Assembly: GCA_963711875.1 (NCBI GenBank)
Contig: CAVQFW010000006.1
Span: 227,040-291,039 of the forward strand
Length of the DNA stretch: 64,000 nt
Reading direction: 5' to 3'
Origin: an uncultured Acidobacteriota bacterium
GTDB lineage: Bacteria; Acidobacteriota; Terriglobia; Acidiferrales; UBA7541
Within the stretch, counting starts at the first letter, position 1; each line of letters starts with the position of its first letter. Position numbers and translations under genes: made by a program. Of this stretch, positions 28,634 to 37,827 are shown piece by piece. The notes beneath the pieces are model-generated. The model saw only the letters and a list, made by a program, of their open reading frames with translations. It ran no database searches and had not been told where the DNA came from.

Positions 28634-29173
28634 TCAGTCCGCCCCAGCTTTCTTCGACTCCAGTAGGGAAGAAATCTCGTTGGAATCTGGATTCCCACTC
28701 GCGGCGGCCGAATTTTCGATTTTGAAAATGCTCCGCCTGGCTACAAGATCCGATGCCCACAAGAAGATATCGAAAAGCCGGGCGCGATCGAGATTGTCGA
28801 AGCCCCGGACAGGTCGCACCAATTCTCCGGCCTGCGCCACGCACTGCTGCAGAAAGCGATCGATGGCGACCGACGTGACAACGTCCGAATCCTGCAGCGG
28901 ATTCGCATTGCACCGTTCGAGCTTCTCGTAACAGTGCGTGATGAAATGGCTGATGCAAAAAAAACGCAAGGCGAGCAGTCCGGCCGCCGCATTTACGCAA
29001 TTCGGCGTGTCGCATCGAATCCACTTCTTCGACGATGGATAGTTTTCTTCCCCTGATTTCACAGGTTCCACGGAATCGTCTGTCATGGCCCTCATACCCC
29101 TGTATTTTTCGGCTACGAATAGCTCGCGCGTTGGTTTTTCTGTGCGTTGCCGTTCAGCGATTTGCATTGTCAT
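28634..29173 (-). CDS. Hypothetical Cys/His-rich protein (179 aa from ATG 29173)
   Basis: Cluster WIRCDTPNC...FFCISHFITHCYEKLERC. The ATG overlaps the upstream stop as TGATG (29171-29175). Confidence 0.4.
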   Translation of the reverse strand: MTMQIAERQRTEKPTRELFVAEKYRGMRAMTDDSVEPVKSGEENYPSSKKWIRCDTPNCVNAAAGLLALRFFCISHFITHCYEKLERCNANPLQDSDVVTSVAIDRFLQQCVAQAGELVRPVRGFDNLDRARLFDIFLWASDLVARRSIFKIENSAAASGNPDSNEISSLLESKKAGAD

Positions 29174-29622
29174 CAGCAAACCGGCGCCGTCAATGCCGGC
29201 AGCAGCGAATCCTGCAAGTTCGGAAGTGCAGCTTCGTATGTGTGAACCCTCGTGCACACGTCAATCAACGGGGCGATCATCTTCAGAACTGCCGCCGAGC
29301 TCTCCCAGCGGTTTCCGGATGCGTCCTTCTCCGATCTCCACAGACTCATCACCAGAATTAGCCGCGGTTCCTTATGGGAGCTCAGCACGATCGCCCCCGC
29401 GAAGCCTCGTTGCTTTTTCAAATGCTCCATCAGTTCGCCCTGGGCGCAACTTCGCAAATCGCCGATTTTGCCGGGCTGAGCGATGAATTCCACCGAGCGC
29501 GCATTCAACGTTCGAAATCCCAGATTTCCGTTTGGCGTCAAAGCGGTTCTCGCTTCCCAGAGGTTAGAATTGCAAACCACGTCTTCGATTCTTGCGGCTT
29601 CGGTATCTATCGCTCTGCTCAT
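29173..29622 (-). CDS. Hypothetical protein with ABM/Dabb-like (ferredoxin-like) C-terminal domain
   Basis: ATG 29622 is preceded by GGGAGA at 9-nt spacing. FAGAIVLSSHKEPRLILVMSLWRSEKDA resembles antibiotic-biosynthesis-monooxygenase-fold proteins. Confidence 0.45.
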   Translation of the reverse strand: MSRAIDTEAARIEDVVCNSNLWEARTALTPNGNLGFRTLNARSVEFIAQPGKIGDLRSCAQGELMEHLKKQRGFAGAIVLSSHKEPRLILVMSLWRSEKDASGNRWESSAAVLKMIAPLIDVCTRVHTYEAALPNLQDSLLPALTAPVC

Positions 29623-29665
29623 TTCGCTCGCTCTCCCTTTGGGTCCTCGTCGCGATGGCGGGGAA

Positions 29666-29708
29666 GCGCATCCCGGTTCGTTCGGGGTAGGGACGCCCCG
29701 GGATGCGC
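29666..29708. promoter_or_regulatory. 11-bp perfect inverted repeat (stem-loop or operator)
   Basis: GCGCATCCCGG (29666-29676) pairs with CCGGGATGCGC (29698-29708) across a 21-nt spacer. It lies 44-86 nt upstream of the ABM-like gene start. Confidence 0.4.
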
Positions 29709-29955
29709 CTGGTGCTGGGGAAGTTCGAGCGTTGCCATCTTTCAGACCGAGATCCTGAAATTGCTTCACCAAAAAATTGACCATTACTCGGAAGTAGTGC
29801 GCTCAAAGCGCGAATCGTTTCAATTCGGGAATACTTTTTTCGTAGCTACCCGCGGACGCGAAGCGAATCGGCTCGGCGCTCCAGTCCTAGGACGGCTCAG
29901 CCTCATTGCGCTTGATTTCATAGGGGGATATACTTCGTGCCCTCATGAGGGGCAT

Positions 29956-30549
29956 GTGGAATTCTTCTCGTTTGACGAGGCCTATCTTAAACGGCTCCGG
30001 GACAGGGACTTCCCGACGGAGCAGCACTTTGTCACCTATTTCAGCCGCCTCCTGCTGATCAAGCTGCGGTCACGCCTACGTTCCTCCCAAGCCGTAGAAG
30101 ACATACGCCAGGAGACGTTTGTGCGCGTGCTCAAGGCCGTTCAGGCCCCGGGGACGATTCGCTCCGCAGAGGGCCTCGGTTCGTTTGTTAACTCCATATG
30201 TAACAATGTTTTACAGGAGTATTACCGCTCGTCCGCGCGCTCCGTCTCAAGTGACGATACTCCGCTTGACCCTCCCGATGAGAGCATCGATCTCGACGGA
30301 ATGCTGGTGGCAAAGCAGACCCAGGAGCAGGTAAAGCTAACGCTTTCAAAGCTTTCCGAGAAAGAGCGGCGTTTGCTCCGCGCAATGTTCTTCGAGGATA
30401 AAGATAAGGACGAGATTTGCCAGGACTTCGGAGTTGACCGGGATTATTTGCGGGTTCTGCTGCACCGGGCCAAGCAGAGTTTTCGCACCCTGTACGAGCA
30501 AGCCGGGCCGCCCGGACCGGTCGGCCTGGGGCATTCTGGCCACGGATGA
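29956..30549 (+). CDS. ECF-type RNA polymerase sigma-70 family factor
   Basis: Region 2 (IRQETFVRVLKAV...FVNSICNNVLQEYYR) and region 4 (LSEKERRLLRAMFFEDKDKDEICQDFGVDRDYLRVLLHRAKQSF). GTG 29956 is the first plausible start that does not overlap the minus-strand genes. Confidence 0.8.
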   Translation: MEFFSFDEAYLKRLRDRDFPTEQHFVTYFSRLLLIKLRSRLRSSQAVEDIRQETFVRVLKAVQAPGTIRSAEGLGSFVNSICNNVLQEYYRSSARSVSSDDTPLDPPDESIDLDGMLVAKQTQEQVKLTLSKLSEKERRLLRAMFFEDKDKDEICQDFGVDRDYLRVLLHRAKQSFRTLYEQAGPPGPVGLGHSGHG

Positions 30550-30582
30550 AACGATTTACGCTCCCAACTCACTACTGGGAGG

Positions 30583-31305
30583 ATGAAAACTATGAACCAT
30601 TCTGAAGCCGTGCGGCTGAAAGCTGCCGAGAAATACCTCCTGGGAGAACTGAGCGCCGAGCTGCGCGACCAGTATGAGGACCATTATTTTGGATGTGCGG
30701 AGTGCGCGCAGGATATTTCCGCCGGAGCGGTGTTCGTCGCTAACGCGCGAGATGTTTGGCGTACCGAGCCGCTTGCCGGAACTTCCTCTGAACCGGCAGC
30801 GCGACCCGGGAGAATTCGCTCTGGCGGTTGGTGGAACGCTGTGCTGCGGCCGGCTTTCGTCGTCCCCGCGCTCGCTCTTCTGTTGATCGTTGCTGGATAT
30901 CAGAATGCAGTGACGATTCCGCATCTGCGAACGATCGCATCGCAATCGGAAACGGCTCAAACGCTGCCTTCATTCTCGCTGATCGCACAGAATTCGCGGG
31001 GCGCGTCTCCGCTCACAATTTCTGTGCCGGCCGGCAAACCTTTCAGCCTGTTTATTGATATCCCGCCGCAGAGCCAGTTTGCATCGTTCGTCTGCGAATT
31101 TCAGAACGAATCCGGGGCGCCGGAACTGTCATTAAATGTATCCGCGCAAGAAGCGAAGCAAACCGTCCAGCTTTTGGTTCCCGCCGGGCGCTTGGCATCG
31201 GGTAGGCACGTGCTTGTCGTGCGAGGAATAGGCTCGCCTGCAAAGGCCGATGCGGATAAGATAGGCCTCGTAAGTTATCCATTCTCTCTCGTATACACAA
31301 AATAG
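30583..31305 (+). CDS. Anti-sigma factor, zf-HC2 type, single-pass membrane protein
   Basis: H-x3-C-x2-C motif (HYFGCAECAQ), a TM helix (AFVVPALALLLIVAGY), and a ~135-aa extracytoplasmic domain. It lies directly downstream of the ECF sigma gene. Confidence 0.7.
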   Translation: MKTMNHSEAVRLKAAEKYLLGELSAELRDQYEDHYFGCAECAQDISAGAVFVANARDVWRTEPLAGTSSEPAARPGRIRSGGWWNAVLRPAFVVPALALLLIVAGYQNAVTIPHLRTIASQSETAQTLPSFSLIAQNSRGASPLTISVPAGKPFSLFIDIPPQSQFASFVCEFQNESGAPELSLNVSAQEAKQTVQLLVPAGRLASGRHVLVVRGIGSPAKADADKIGLVSYPFSLVYTK

Positions 31306-31335
31306 CGGCTTCCGCTTATTGAGGAGACGACTCCG

Positions 31336-32109
31336 ATGCTGAACGAAACCGTTCAAAGGACCTATATCTTCAACGGCCACGGTCACGCGCTGAGCGGACA
31401 CATCACCCAACCTTTCGATCACCAAATCGAAGTGCAAGCCGGAATGTCGCTTCCGACCGCCGGCGGAGTAGGACATGCGCGGGTCGAAAATTTTCGGTTC
31501 CAGGAGTACGTTTCGTTTTCGGCCGGGCACACGTATGTAGCGGGCAGCAAAAGCAGCCACGGTACATACACGACGCTCGTCACGGCGACGGTGGAGAAAC
31601 TGAACATTCTGGATGTCGTGACCGCCGATCGGGTGGTCGCGCGCCTCGCTTCCAGCCACAAACTGGACGAGCCAGAGCCCCGCATCACCTTGCTCGGCAG
31701 CCACATCGAAAATCTGAAAATCGCCGGATCCCGCGTTCACATCGAGTTCGACTGCGATGTGTTTCAGCGCAACACCACGTTCGACAGCCTGAAAAAAGAG
31801 TTTGACGCCAGCGCCGGATTCCGCAAAATGGCTTCGGATCCCTTTGTTACGATGGAGCCAAAGGTACCAGTCGATCCGCGGGGAGTGTTTTTGTGCTCGC
31901 TGGTGAAGGAATTGAAGATCGATTGTGCCGGAATAAAGCCAGTGGGACACGCCTTCGAAATTCCGGAATTCGGGAGGGTGTACATCGGCGAGGTCTTGGC
32001 GCAATACGGCAAGCGCACGGTGACGATGCTCCGCGTCGAACTCGGCTGCCCCGTCGTCGGGACGATGATGGTCTCGCAAGGCGCCGGCAATGGACATCCG
32101 TTGCCTTAG
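31336..32109 (+). CDS. Hypothetical protein (257 aa), no signal peptide, no recognised domain
   Basis: Clean ORF with balanced composition, beta-rich appearance and many His/Gly near the N-terminus (FNGHGHALSGH). Sits between the anti-sigma and CHAT genes. Confidence 0.55.
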   Translation: MLNETVQRTYIFNGHGHALSGHITQPFDHQIEVQAGMSLPTAGGVGHARVENFRFQEYVSFSAGHTYVAGSKSSHGTYTTLVTATVEKLNILDVVTADRVVARLASSHKLDEPEPRITLLGSHIENLKIAGSRVHIEFDCDVFQRNTTFDSLKKEFDASAGFRKMASDPFVTMEPKVPVDPRGVFLCSLVKELKIDCAGIKPVGHAFEIPEFGRVYIGEVLAQYGKRTVTMLRVELGCPVVGTMMVSQGAGNGHPLP

Positions 32110-34559
32110 TATGCGGCCTTACATTCGGACTGGCTTTGCTGGTAGCCGGCTGCAAGCGTAAGACAGCTCCGGATCCTCGAAGTACCTACAACGATGCATG
32201 GGCGAAGCTGAAACGCGGCGATCTCAGTGGATCGCGTTCAAACGTTGATGCGATTCGCTGGAAAGAGCTCCCACCGAATACCGAGTGGCCGTCCCGCTTT
32301 CGAGTGTTAGAAGCTGAAATTTTGTGGCGCCAGGGAATGAACAGCGAAGCCCTGGCGCTTCTGGAAGCACCCATTCCGAGCCAGTTCGCGACCTGCGACA
32401 TTTCAGTCTGGCGGAAAATGACGCAGGGAGCCGCCGATTCCTATCTTGAACGTTACGCCGACTCCATGAATCTTCTTACGGAAGCGGAGTCCCTCGCCAA
32501 GTCAGGCTGCCCTGAATTATTGGGGCAGGTCGCGCTTCGAAAGGGAACGCTCGCATTCGTTCGCGGCGACCCGGCAGCCGCCCAAGTGGAATATCTGACG
32601 GCGCTGCGAATCGCCAGGAGTATCAACGATCCATTCCTTGAGGCTTCAGCTCTCGGCAACTTGGGCATGAACGCTACGAAACGGGAACACTACGATGAAT
32701 CAATTGATTGGAATCGCGCGGCGCTCGATCTCTCGCAAACGATAGGCGCCGAGGGTTCGAAGGCCGTGATCCTCGGGAACACCGGTTGGAGCTATCTCGA
32801 AATGGGCGATTACGACCACGCACTCGCGCTGTTTCGACAGGCGGATGAAGCCTCCGGCAAGGCCGGATCGCTGAGCGCGCAAGCGGACTGGGAAATCAAT
32901 ATCGGAAACGTTTATTTGGCTCAGGGAAACTATGATGCGGCCCAGAAAGCATATCAGCAGGCACTTAACCTTGCGAATCGGCTCGGCGATGACGGCGCGA
33001 AGGCCAAATGTTATGACAATCTTGCGCTGGTAGCGCTGGAGCGGGGAGAGTTCGACTCAGCCCAGAGCTACAATGACAAGGTTCCTCCGCTTGTGCGCGT
33101 TCATTCAGACCTCGTCGTGTCGATTCTCGTGACGGGCCGCATTGACGCGATGAAACAAAGATACGCCGAAGCTGAGGAAGTATTCGAATCCGTGATTCGC
33201 GACGACGAAGCCCCCACTTCACTTCGCTGGGAAGCGCAGGCCCGTCTCGCAAAAGTGTATGCCTCGGAGGGGAAGCACGCGAACGCCGACCGGCAATTTC
33301 GGCAAGCCATCAATACATTCGCGAATGCGCGCCGTGCGGTGCAAAGCGAGGAACTGAGGCTCTCGTTCCTTTCGAACGCGATTTTGTTTTACAACGATTA
33401 CATCGAATTTCTAATTTCGCTGGGCCGCCCTGAGGACGCGCTGGAAGTGGCTGAAGTGAGCCGGGCGCAAACGCTGGCCGAGGGCCTGGGGCTCAGCTCG
33501 AAAATTTCGTTTCCGCTTCCGAATTTTCATCCGCGCTCGGTTGCGCAGCGTTTCGGGGCGACGCTCTTGTTCTACTGGCTCGGTGCCCAGCACTCCTATC
33601 TATGGGCAGTCACGGGAACTGGTACGTCGCTTCTTACCCTTCCCCCCGCCTCTGAAATTGAGCCGCTTATCAAAGCGTACCGGGCAGCTCTGCTCGGCCC
33701 GCGCGACGTGCTCGAAACGTCGAACGCGCAAGGAATCAAACTGTACGAGTTGCTGGTTGCGCCGGCGCAGAAGCTGGTTCCATCTGGTTCGCGCGTGGTA
33801 ATCCTGCCCGACGCAGGACTCTACGACTTGAACTTTGAGACGCTGCTGGTTCCAGGCGACCGGCTGCATTACTGGATCGAGGATGCGGTTGTCGCGAATG
33901 CGAATTCGCTGGTTCTGCTGGCTGCTTCAGCGGGGGAGCAACCTCAGAAACTGAAGAAGCTACTGCTGATTGGCGATCCGGTCTCGCCGGGCGCGGAGTT
34001 TCCCGACTTGCCGCAAGCGGCCGCCGAAATGGGAGATGTGGAACGATATTTTGCGGCGCCGGATCGCACCGTGCTCGCGCGACAGCAAGCCACCGCTGCG
34101 GCATATCTTGGCAGCCGGCCGGCACAGTATTCTTTCATCCATTTCGTCGCGCACGGCACGGCCAGCCGGACGAGCCCTCTCGATTCGGCCGTGATCCTCA
34201 CGCGCCAGGGAGATTCATACAAACTCTACGCGCGCGATATTGTGGCGCAGCCGCTGCGCGCCGATCTCGTCACGATTTCGGCGTGTCATGGCGCGGGCGA
34301 GCGTACGTACTCGGGCGAAGGACTCGTCGGACTCACGTGGGCATTCTTGCGCGCAGGCGCTCACGGTGTAATCGCTGCACTTTGGGAGGTTAATGACAAT
34401 TCCACGCCCGAGTTAATGGACGATCTCTACGCCGAAATCAAAAAAGGATCGCCGCCCGACGCTGCCTTGCACCACGCCAAGCTAAAGCTGCTTCACTCCG
34501 GCACCGTCTACCAAAAGCCCTTCTATTGGGCGCCGTTCGAGATCTACCGCGGCCACTAG
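31893..34559 (+). CDS. TPR-repeat CHAT-domain (caspase-like) protease, probable lipoprotein; start codon unresolved
   Basis: Lipoprotein-type signal RRRQWTSVALVCGLTFGLALLVAGC (Cys codon 32151-32153), ~450 aa of TPR repeats, then a CHAT domain with the His/Cys dyad context FIHFVAHGT and LVTISACHGAGE. The only in-frame ATG/GTG upstream of the signal peptide is 31893, which overlaps the previous gene by 217 nt. Confidence 0.8.
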   Translation: MLAGEGIEDRLCRNKASGTRLRNSGIREGVHRRGLGAIRQAHGDDAPRRTRLPRRRDDDGLARRRQWTSVALVCGLTFGLALLVAGCKRKTAPDPRSTYNDAWAKLKRGDLSGSRSNVDAIRWKELPPNTEWPSRFRVLEAEILWRQGMNSEALALLEAPIPSQFATCDISVWRKMTQGAADSYLERYADSMNLLTEAESLAKSGCPELLGQVALRKGTLAFVRGDPAAAQVEYLTALRIARSINDPFLEASALGNLGMNATKREHYDESIDWNRAALDLSQTIGAEGSKAVILGNTGWSYLEMGDYDHALALFRQADEASGKAGSLSAQADWEINIGNVYLAQGNYDAAQKAYQQALNLANRLGDDGAKAKCYDNLALVALERGEFDSAQSYNDKVPPLVRVHSDLVVSILVTGRIDAMKQRYAEAEEVFESVIRDDEAPTSLRWEAQARLAKVYASEGKHANADRQFRQAINTFANARRAVQSEELRLSFLSNAILFYNDYIEFLISLGRPEDALEVAEVSRAQTLAEGLGLSSKISFPLPNFHPRSVAQRFGATLLFYWLGAQHSYLWAVTGTGTSLLTLPPASEIEPLIKAYRAALLGPRDVLETSNAQGIKLYELLVAPAQKLVPSGSRVVILPDAGLYDLNFETLLVPGDRLHYWIEDAVVANANSLVLLAASAGEQPQKLKKLLLIGDPVSPGAEFPDLPQAAAEMGDVERYFAAPDRTVLARQQATAAAYLGSRPAQYSFIHFVAHGTASRTSPLDSAVILTRQGDSYKLYARDIVAQPLRADLVTISACHGAGERTYSGEGLVGLTWAFLRAGAHGVIAALWEVNDNSTPELMDDLYAEIKKGSPPDAALHHAKLKLLHSGTVYQKPFYWAPFEIYRGH

Positions 34560-34597
34560 ATTTTGTCGCGCTCTCGGCTCGTCGCGTCGAAATTGAC

Positions 34598-35845
34598 TCA
34601 GCGCGGATTCTCAAGCAGCATCGCGATGCCCTGTCCGCCGCCGATGCACGCAGACGCGACGCCGTAACGTTTCTCCGAACGCTCCAATTCGCGCGCCAGC
34701 GTCACCGCCAGCCTAATCCCGGTAGCAGCCAGCGGATGCCCGATCGCAATCGCGCCGCCGTTCACATTCAGCTTTCCCCGATCGAGCTTCAGCTCCCGCT
34801 CGACGCCGATCACCTGCGCCGCAAACGCCTCGTTGATTTCGAAGCGATCAATCGCGTCCAGCGACAATCCCACGCCATCCAAAAGCCTTCGAATCGCCGG
34901 CGCCGGACCGATGCTCATGATTTCAGGCGGCACACCGACGGTCGCCACAGCCACAATCCTCGCGAGCGGTTTTTTCTCCCGGGATTGGGCATAACTGCCC
35001 GAGCCCACAAGCGCCGCAGCCGCTCCGTCCACAATCGCCGAACTATTTCCCCCGGTCTGCACGCCGCCAAATGCCGGCCGTATTTTCGCCAAAGTCTCAT
35101 ACGAGGAAGCCCGAATGTGCGTGTCCACGGCAAGATTCTCGACGCCTTTCGGCAGCCGAATCCCGCGCGGTTTGTAACCGCTCAGCTCAAAAGTTTCGCT
35201 TACGACCGGCACGATCTCGCCGGACAAAAAGCATGTCGTCTGCGCCGCCAGCGCGCGCGAAAAACTCAATTCCGCGAAACGGTCCACGTCCTCGCGCGTA
35301 ATCTTGTACTCGCGCGCAATCGTCTCCGCCGTATCTCCCATCGTCACGTCAGCCGCCGGATCGAGCAGCGCCTCCCACAGAAAATCCTTGAACTCCACTT
35401 GCCCCATCCGAAATCCGCTGCGATGCGTGTACGCCGCGATCGGATTACGGCTCATCGATTCCGCACCGACGCACAGCCCCAGCTCGATTTTCTTCAAACG
35501 GATCGCGTCGGCTGCTTGTCCGATGGCTTCGATCCCGGTGCCGCAAACGCGCTGCACCAGCAGCGCAGGCCGATCCAGCGGCACGCCGGAATAAAGTCCA
35601 ATATGCCGCGGCAGCACGTACGCATCGAAACTAGCTTGCGCCACGCTTCCCGCGATCACCGCGCCCACGTCCGTCGGCGAAATCTTTGCACGCTCGAAAA
35701 CTCCGCGCGCCGCTTTGATGCCAAGATCGGTCGGCGACACGAGACCAAGCGCGCCGGTGTAGTCCACGAACGGCGTGCGCACGCCATCGAGAAGCCAGAT
35801 ATCGTCATACGCAATGAATATCCCGCTCTTTTCGTTTGCCATCAT
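34598..35845 (-). CDS. Acetyl-CoA C-acyltransferase (thiolase)
   Basis: VQRVCGTGIEA (active-site Cys), NVNGGAIAIGHPLAATG, ACIGGGQGIAMLLE. ATGA overlap with the upstream ligase gene. Confidence 0.9.
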   Translation of the reverse strand: MMANEKSGIFIAYDDIWLLDGVRTPFVDYTGALGLVSPTDLGIKAARGVFERAKISPTDVGAVIAGSVAQASFDAYVLPRHIGLYSGVPLDRPALLVQRVCGTGIEAIGQAADAIRLKKIELGLCVGAESMSRNPIAAYTHRSGFRMGQVEFKDFLWEALLDPAADVTMGDTAETIAREYKITREDVDRFAELSFSRALAAQTTCFLSGEIVPVVSETFELSGYKPRGIRLPKGVENLAVDTHIRASSYETLAKIRPAFGGVQTGGNSSAIVDGAAAALVGSGSYAQSREKKPLARIVAVATVGVPPEIMSIGPAPAIRRLLDGVGLSLDAIDRFEINEAFAAQVIGVERELKLDRGKLNVNGGAIAIGHPLAATGIRLAVTLARELERSEKRYGVASACIGGGQGIAMLLENPR

Positions 35846-37758
35846 GATTTTCCCGTGATCCGAAAAATAAACTGCGAAGGCCGCGCGCTATACATCTCTT
35901 CGACGAGCGCCGCGCGATGCTCGAGCACGGCCCGCTGGTTCAACGACCCTTTGTCTGTCATTTCGCGCGCGTCGAGCGACGGCGGCTCCTCGAGTACAAT
36001 CGCCCGCTGCACTCGATTCGAACTTCCGGTCGACTGCGTTGCCAATGCAGTCAACAAAGATTGAAAACGCTCCCTCACCGCATCATGCCGCAAGATGTCC
36101 GCGGTTGAAGCACCCGGCGCACCCGGCGCGATCTCCGGACACAGCGCGCAACACGCGGCAAGATCTGCAAAGATCATCATCCCGATTTCATCGCGATCGT
36201 GACCGGTAATAACCACGTCTCGCACAAACGGCGCAAAGTGGCTGATAATCCTCGCCCGCAAAGGGCCCACGCTCACCCACGTCCCCGTCGCAAGCTTGAA
36301 GTCTTCCGAGAATCGGCCATCGAAGAGAAAGCCCTTATTCACGTCCGCCGGATCGACGAATCGAACCGCATCCCCAAATTTGTAGAAGCCATCCTCGTCG
36401 AATGCTTTCTGCGTGAGTTCCGGCTGCCGCCAATACCCGGGCGTGATATTGGGTCCGCGCACTCGCACTTCCAATTTATTGCCTTGCGGGACGAGCTTCG
36501 CTTCGACGCCCGGAATCGGAATGCCGATCACGCCTGCGCGATCCGTCTCCCACGTCGTCTGAATCGCCATCGGCGCAGTTTCCGTCGCGCCGAGTCCCGT
36601 CACCATCACCACTCGCTCGCCGCAAGTTTCAACTGCAAGCTCGCGGTATGCATCCCACACCGGCTGCGACAAACCAGCCCCAGCGTAAAAAAGAAGTTTC
36701 AGCCGGCTGAAAAACTTTTCGCGCAGCCCGCGATCGCCGCGCAGCGCCGGCAGCAAATCTTCATAACCTTTCGGCACATTGAAAAATACGGTCGGAGCTA
36801 TTCCGCGTAGATTGCGGATCGTCTCCTCGATGAACCCCGCTCCGGGTTTGCCTTCGTCAATATAAAAACTGCCGCCGTTGTAGAGCGCGATGCCGATATT
36901 GTGATTGCCGCCGAACGTGTGATTCCACGGCAGCCAATCCACCAGCACCGGCGGCTCATCCTGCAAAAATCCAAAAACCTGCGCGATCATTTGCTGGTTG
37001 CAGCAGATCATTCGATGCGTGTTGACGACGGCCTTCGGCATCCCCGTCGATCCGGAGGTGAAAAGGAATTTCGCGGGACTATCGGGATCGATTCCTTCGT
37101 GAGCCGCCTCGATGGTGGAAGTTGGTTTCGTCGATAGGAGTTCCTCGAACAGCGTCGCCCTTCGAAATTCGGGCAGCGCCGCCGTCACGACGAGTTCCAT
37201 CTCGGCGCTCACCGCCGCTTCAATCGCGCGCCGGTATTTTTCGCCGTCCGAAACAAAGACCATTCCGGGCGTCAGCAGCGCGAGGCAATGCCGCAGTTGG
37301 GCAAGATCCTTTGACACAAGCGAATACACTGGCGAAAGATGCGCCGTCGGAATTCCGGCGTGCTGGCCTCCGAGCATGAGTAATAAATGTTCGAGGTCGT
37401 TCTCTGAAAGTATCGCCACGGGCCGCTCGGCGGAAAATCCCCGATCGACGAGCGCCTGCCCAATGCTTCGCGCAGCGGCGTAAACCTCCGCATAAGTGAG
37501 CGAGCGCCAGTTTCCATTCACATCGCGCTTCGCCGCGCAAATTCTTTCGGGCGCAATCGTCGCCCAGTGCGCAAGCCGGTCGGTAAGAACTCTCGGGTAC
37601 GCACCGAGAGGTTCGTCCGAAGAAACTATGATTGAGCCGTCCGCGAGGCGCTCCAGTGACGCGCCTGAACTGCGCAGCCTTACTTGGCGCACCCGAGTGC
37701 CGGATTTTTTCGCCGTGCCCGCGACGGGCTCCCGCTCACTCACAACAGCCTTTGGCAT
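35842..37758 (-). CDS. AMP-dependent CoA ligase, feruloyl-CoA-synthase-like
   Basis: FLFTSGSTGMPKAV AMP-binding motif. The N-terminal region (LGAYPRVLTDRLAHWATIAPERI...RSLTYAEVYAAARSIGQALVDRGFSAERPVAILSEN) closely resembles the Fcs family as I recall it. Confidence 0.8.
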   Translation of the reverse strand: MPKAVVSEREPVAGTAKKSGTRVRQVRLRSSGASLERLADGSIIVSSDEPLGAYPRVLTDRLAHWATIAPERICAAKRDVNGNWRSLTYAEVYAAARSIGQALVDRGFSAERPVAILSENDLEHLLLMLGGQHAGIPTAHLSPVYSLVSKDLAQLRHCLALLTPGMVFVSDGEKYRRAIEAAVSAEMELVVTAALPEFRRATLFEELLSTKPTSTIEAAHEGIDPDSPAKFLFTSGSTGMPKAVVNTHRMICCNQQMIAQVFGFLQDEPPVLVDWLPWNHTFGGNHNIGIALYNGGSFYIDEGKPGAGFIEETIRNLRGIAPTVFFNVPKGYEDLLPALRGDRGLREKFFSRLKLLFYAGAGLSQPVWDAYRELAVETCGERVVMVTGLGATETAPMAIQTTWETDRAGVIGIPIPGVEAKLVPQGNKLEVRVRGPNITPGYWRQPELTQKAFDEDGFYKFGDAVRFVDPADVNKGFLFDGRFSEDFKLATGTWVSVGPLRARIISHFAPFVRDVVITGHDRDEIGMMIFADLAACCALCPEIAPGAPGASTADILRHDAVRERFQSLLTALATQSTGSSNRVQRAIVLEEPPSLDAREMTDKGSLNQRAVLEHRAALVEEMYSARPSQFIFRITGKS

Positions 37759-37827
37759 CGTGAATTTTCATTCCCTTAATTCTAATACGCTGCGTCCGCG
37801 CCGCAAGCCATCGTTCATCTCGCCGAC

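Noticed and set aside
29374-29955. N-terminal 194-aa extension of the ECF sigma ORF
   Set aside because: It overlaps the minus-strand ABM-like gene and the intergenic control region. Sigma region 2 begins just after GTG 29956.
34526-36064. 512-aa plus-strand ORF
   Set aside because: Shadow ORF antisense to the thiolase and CoA ligase genes. Arg/Pro-rich, no motifs.
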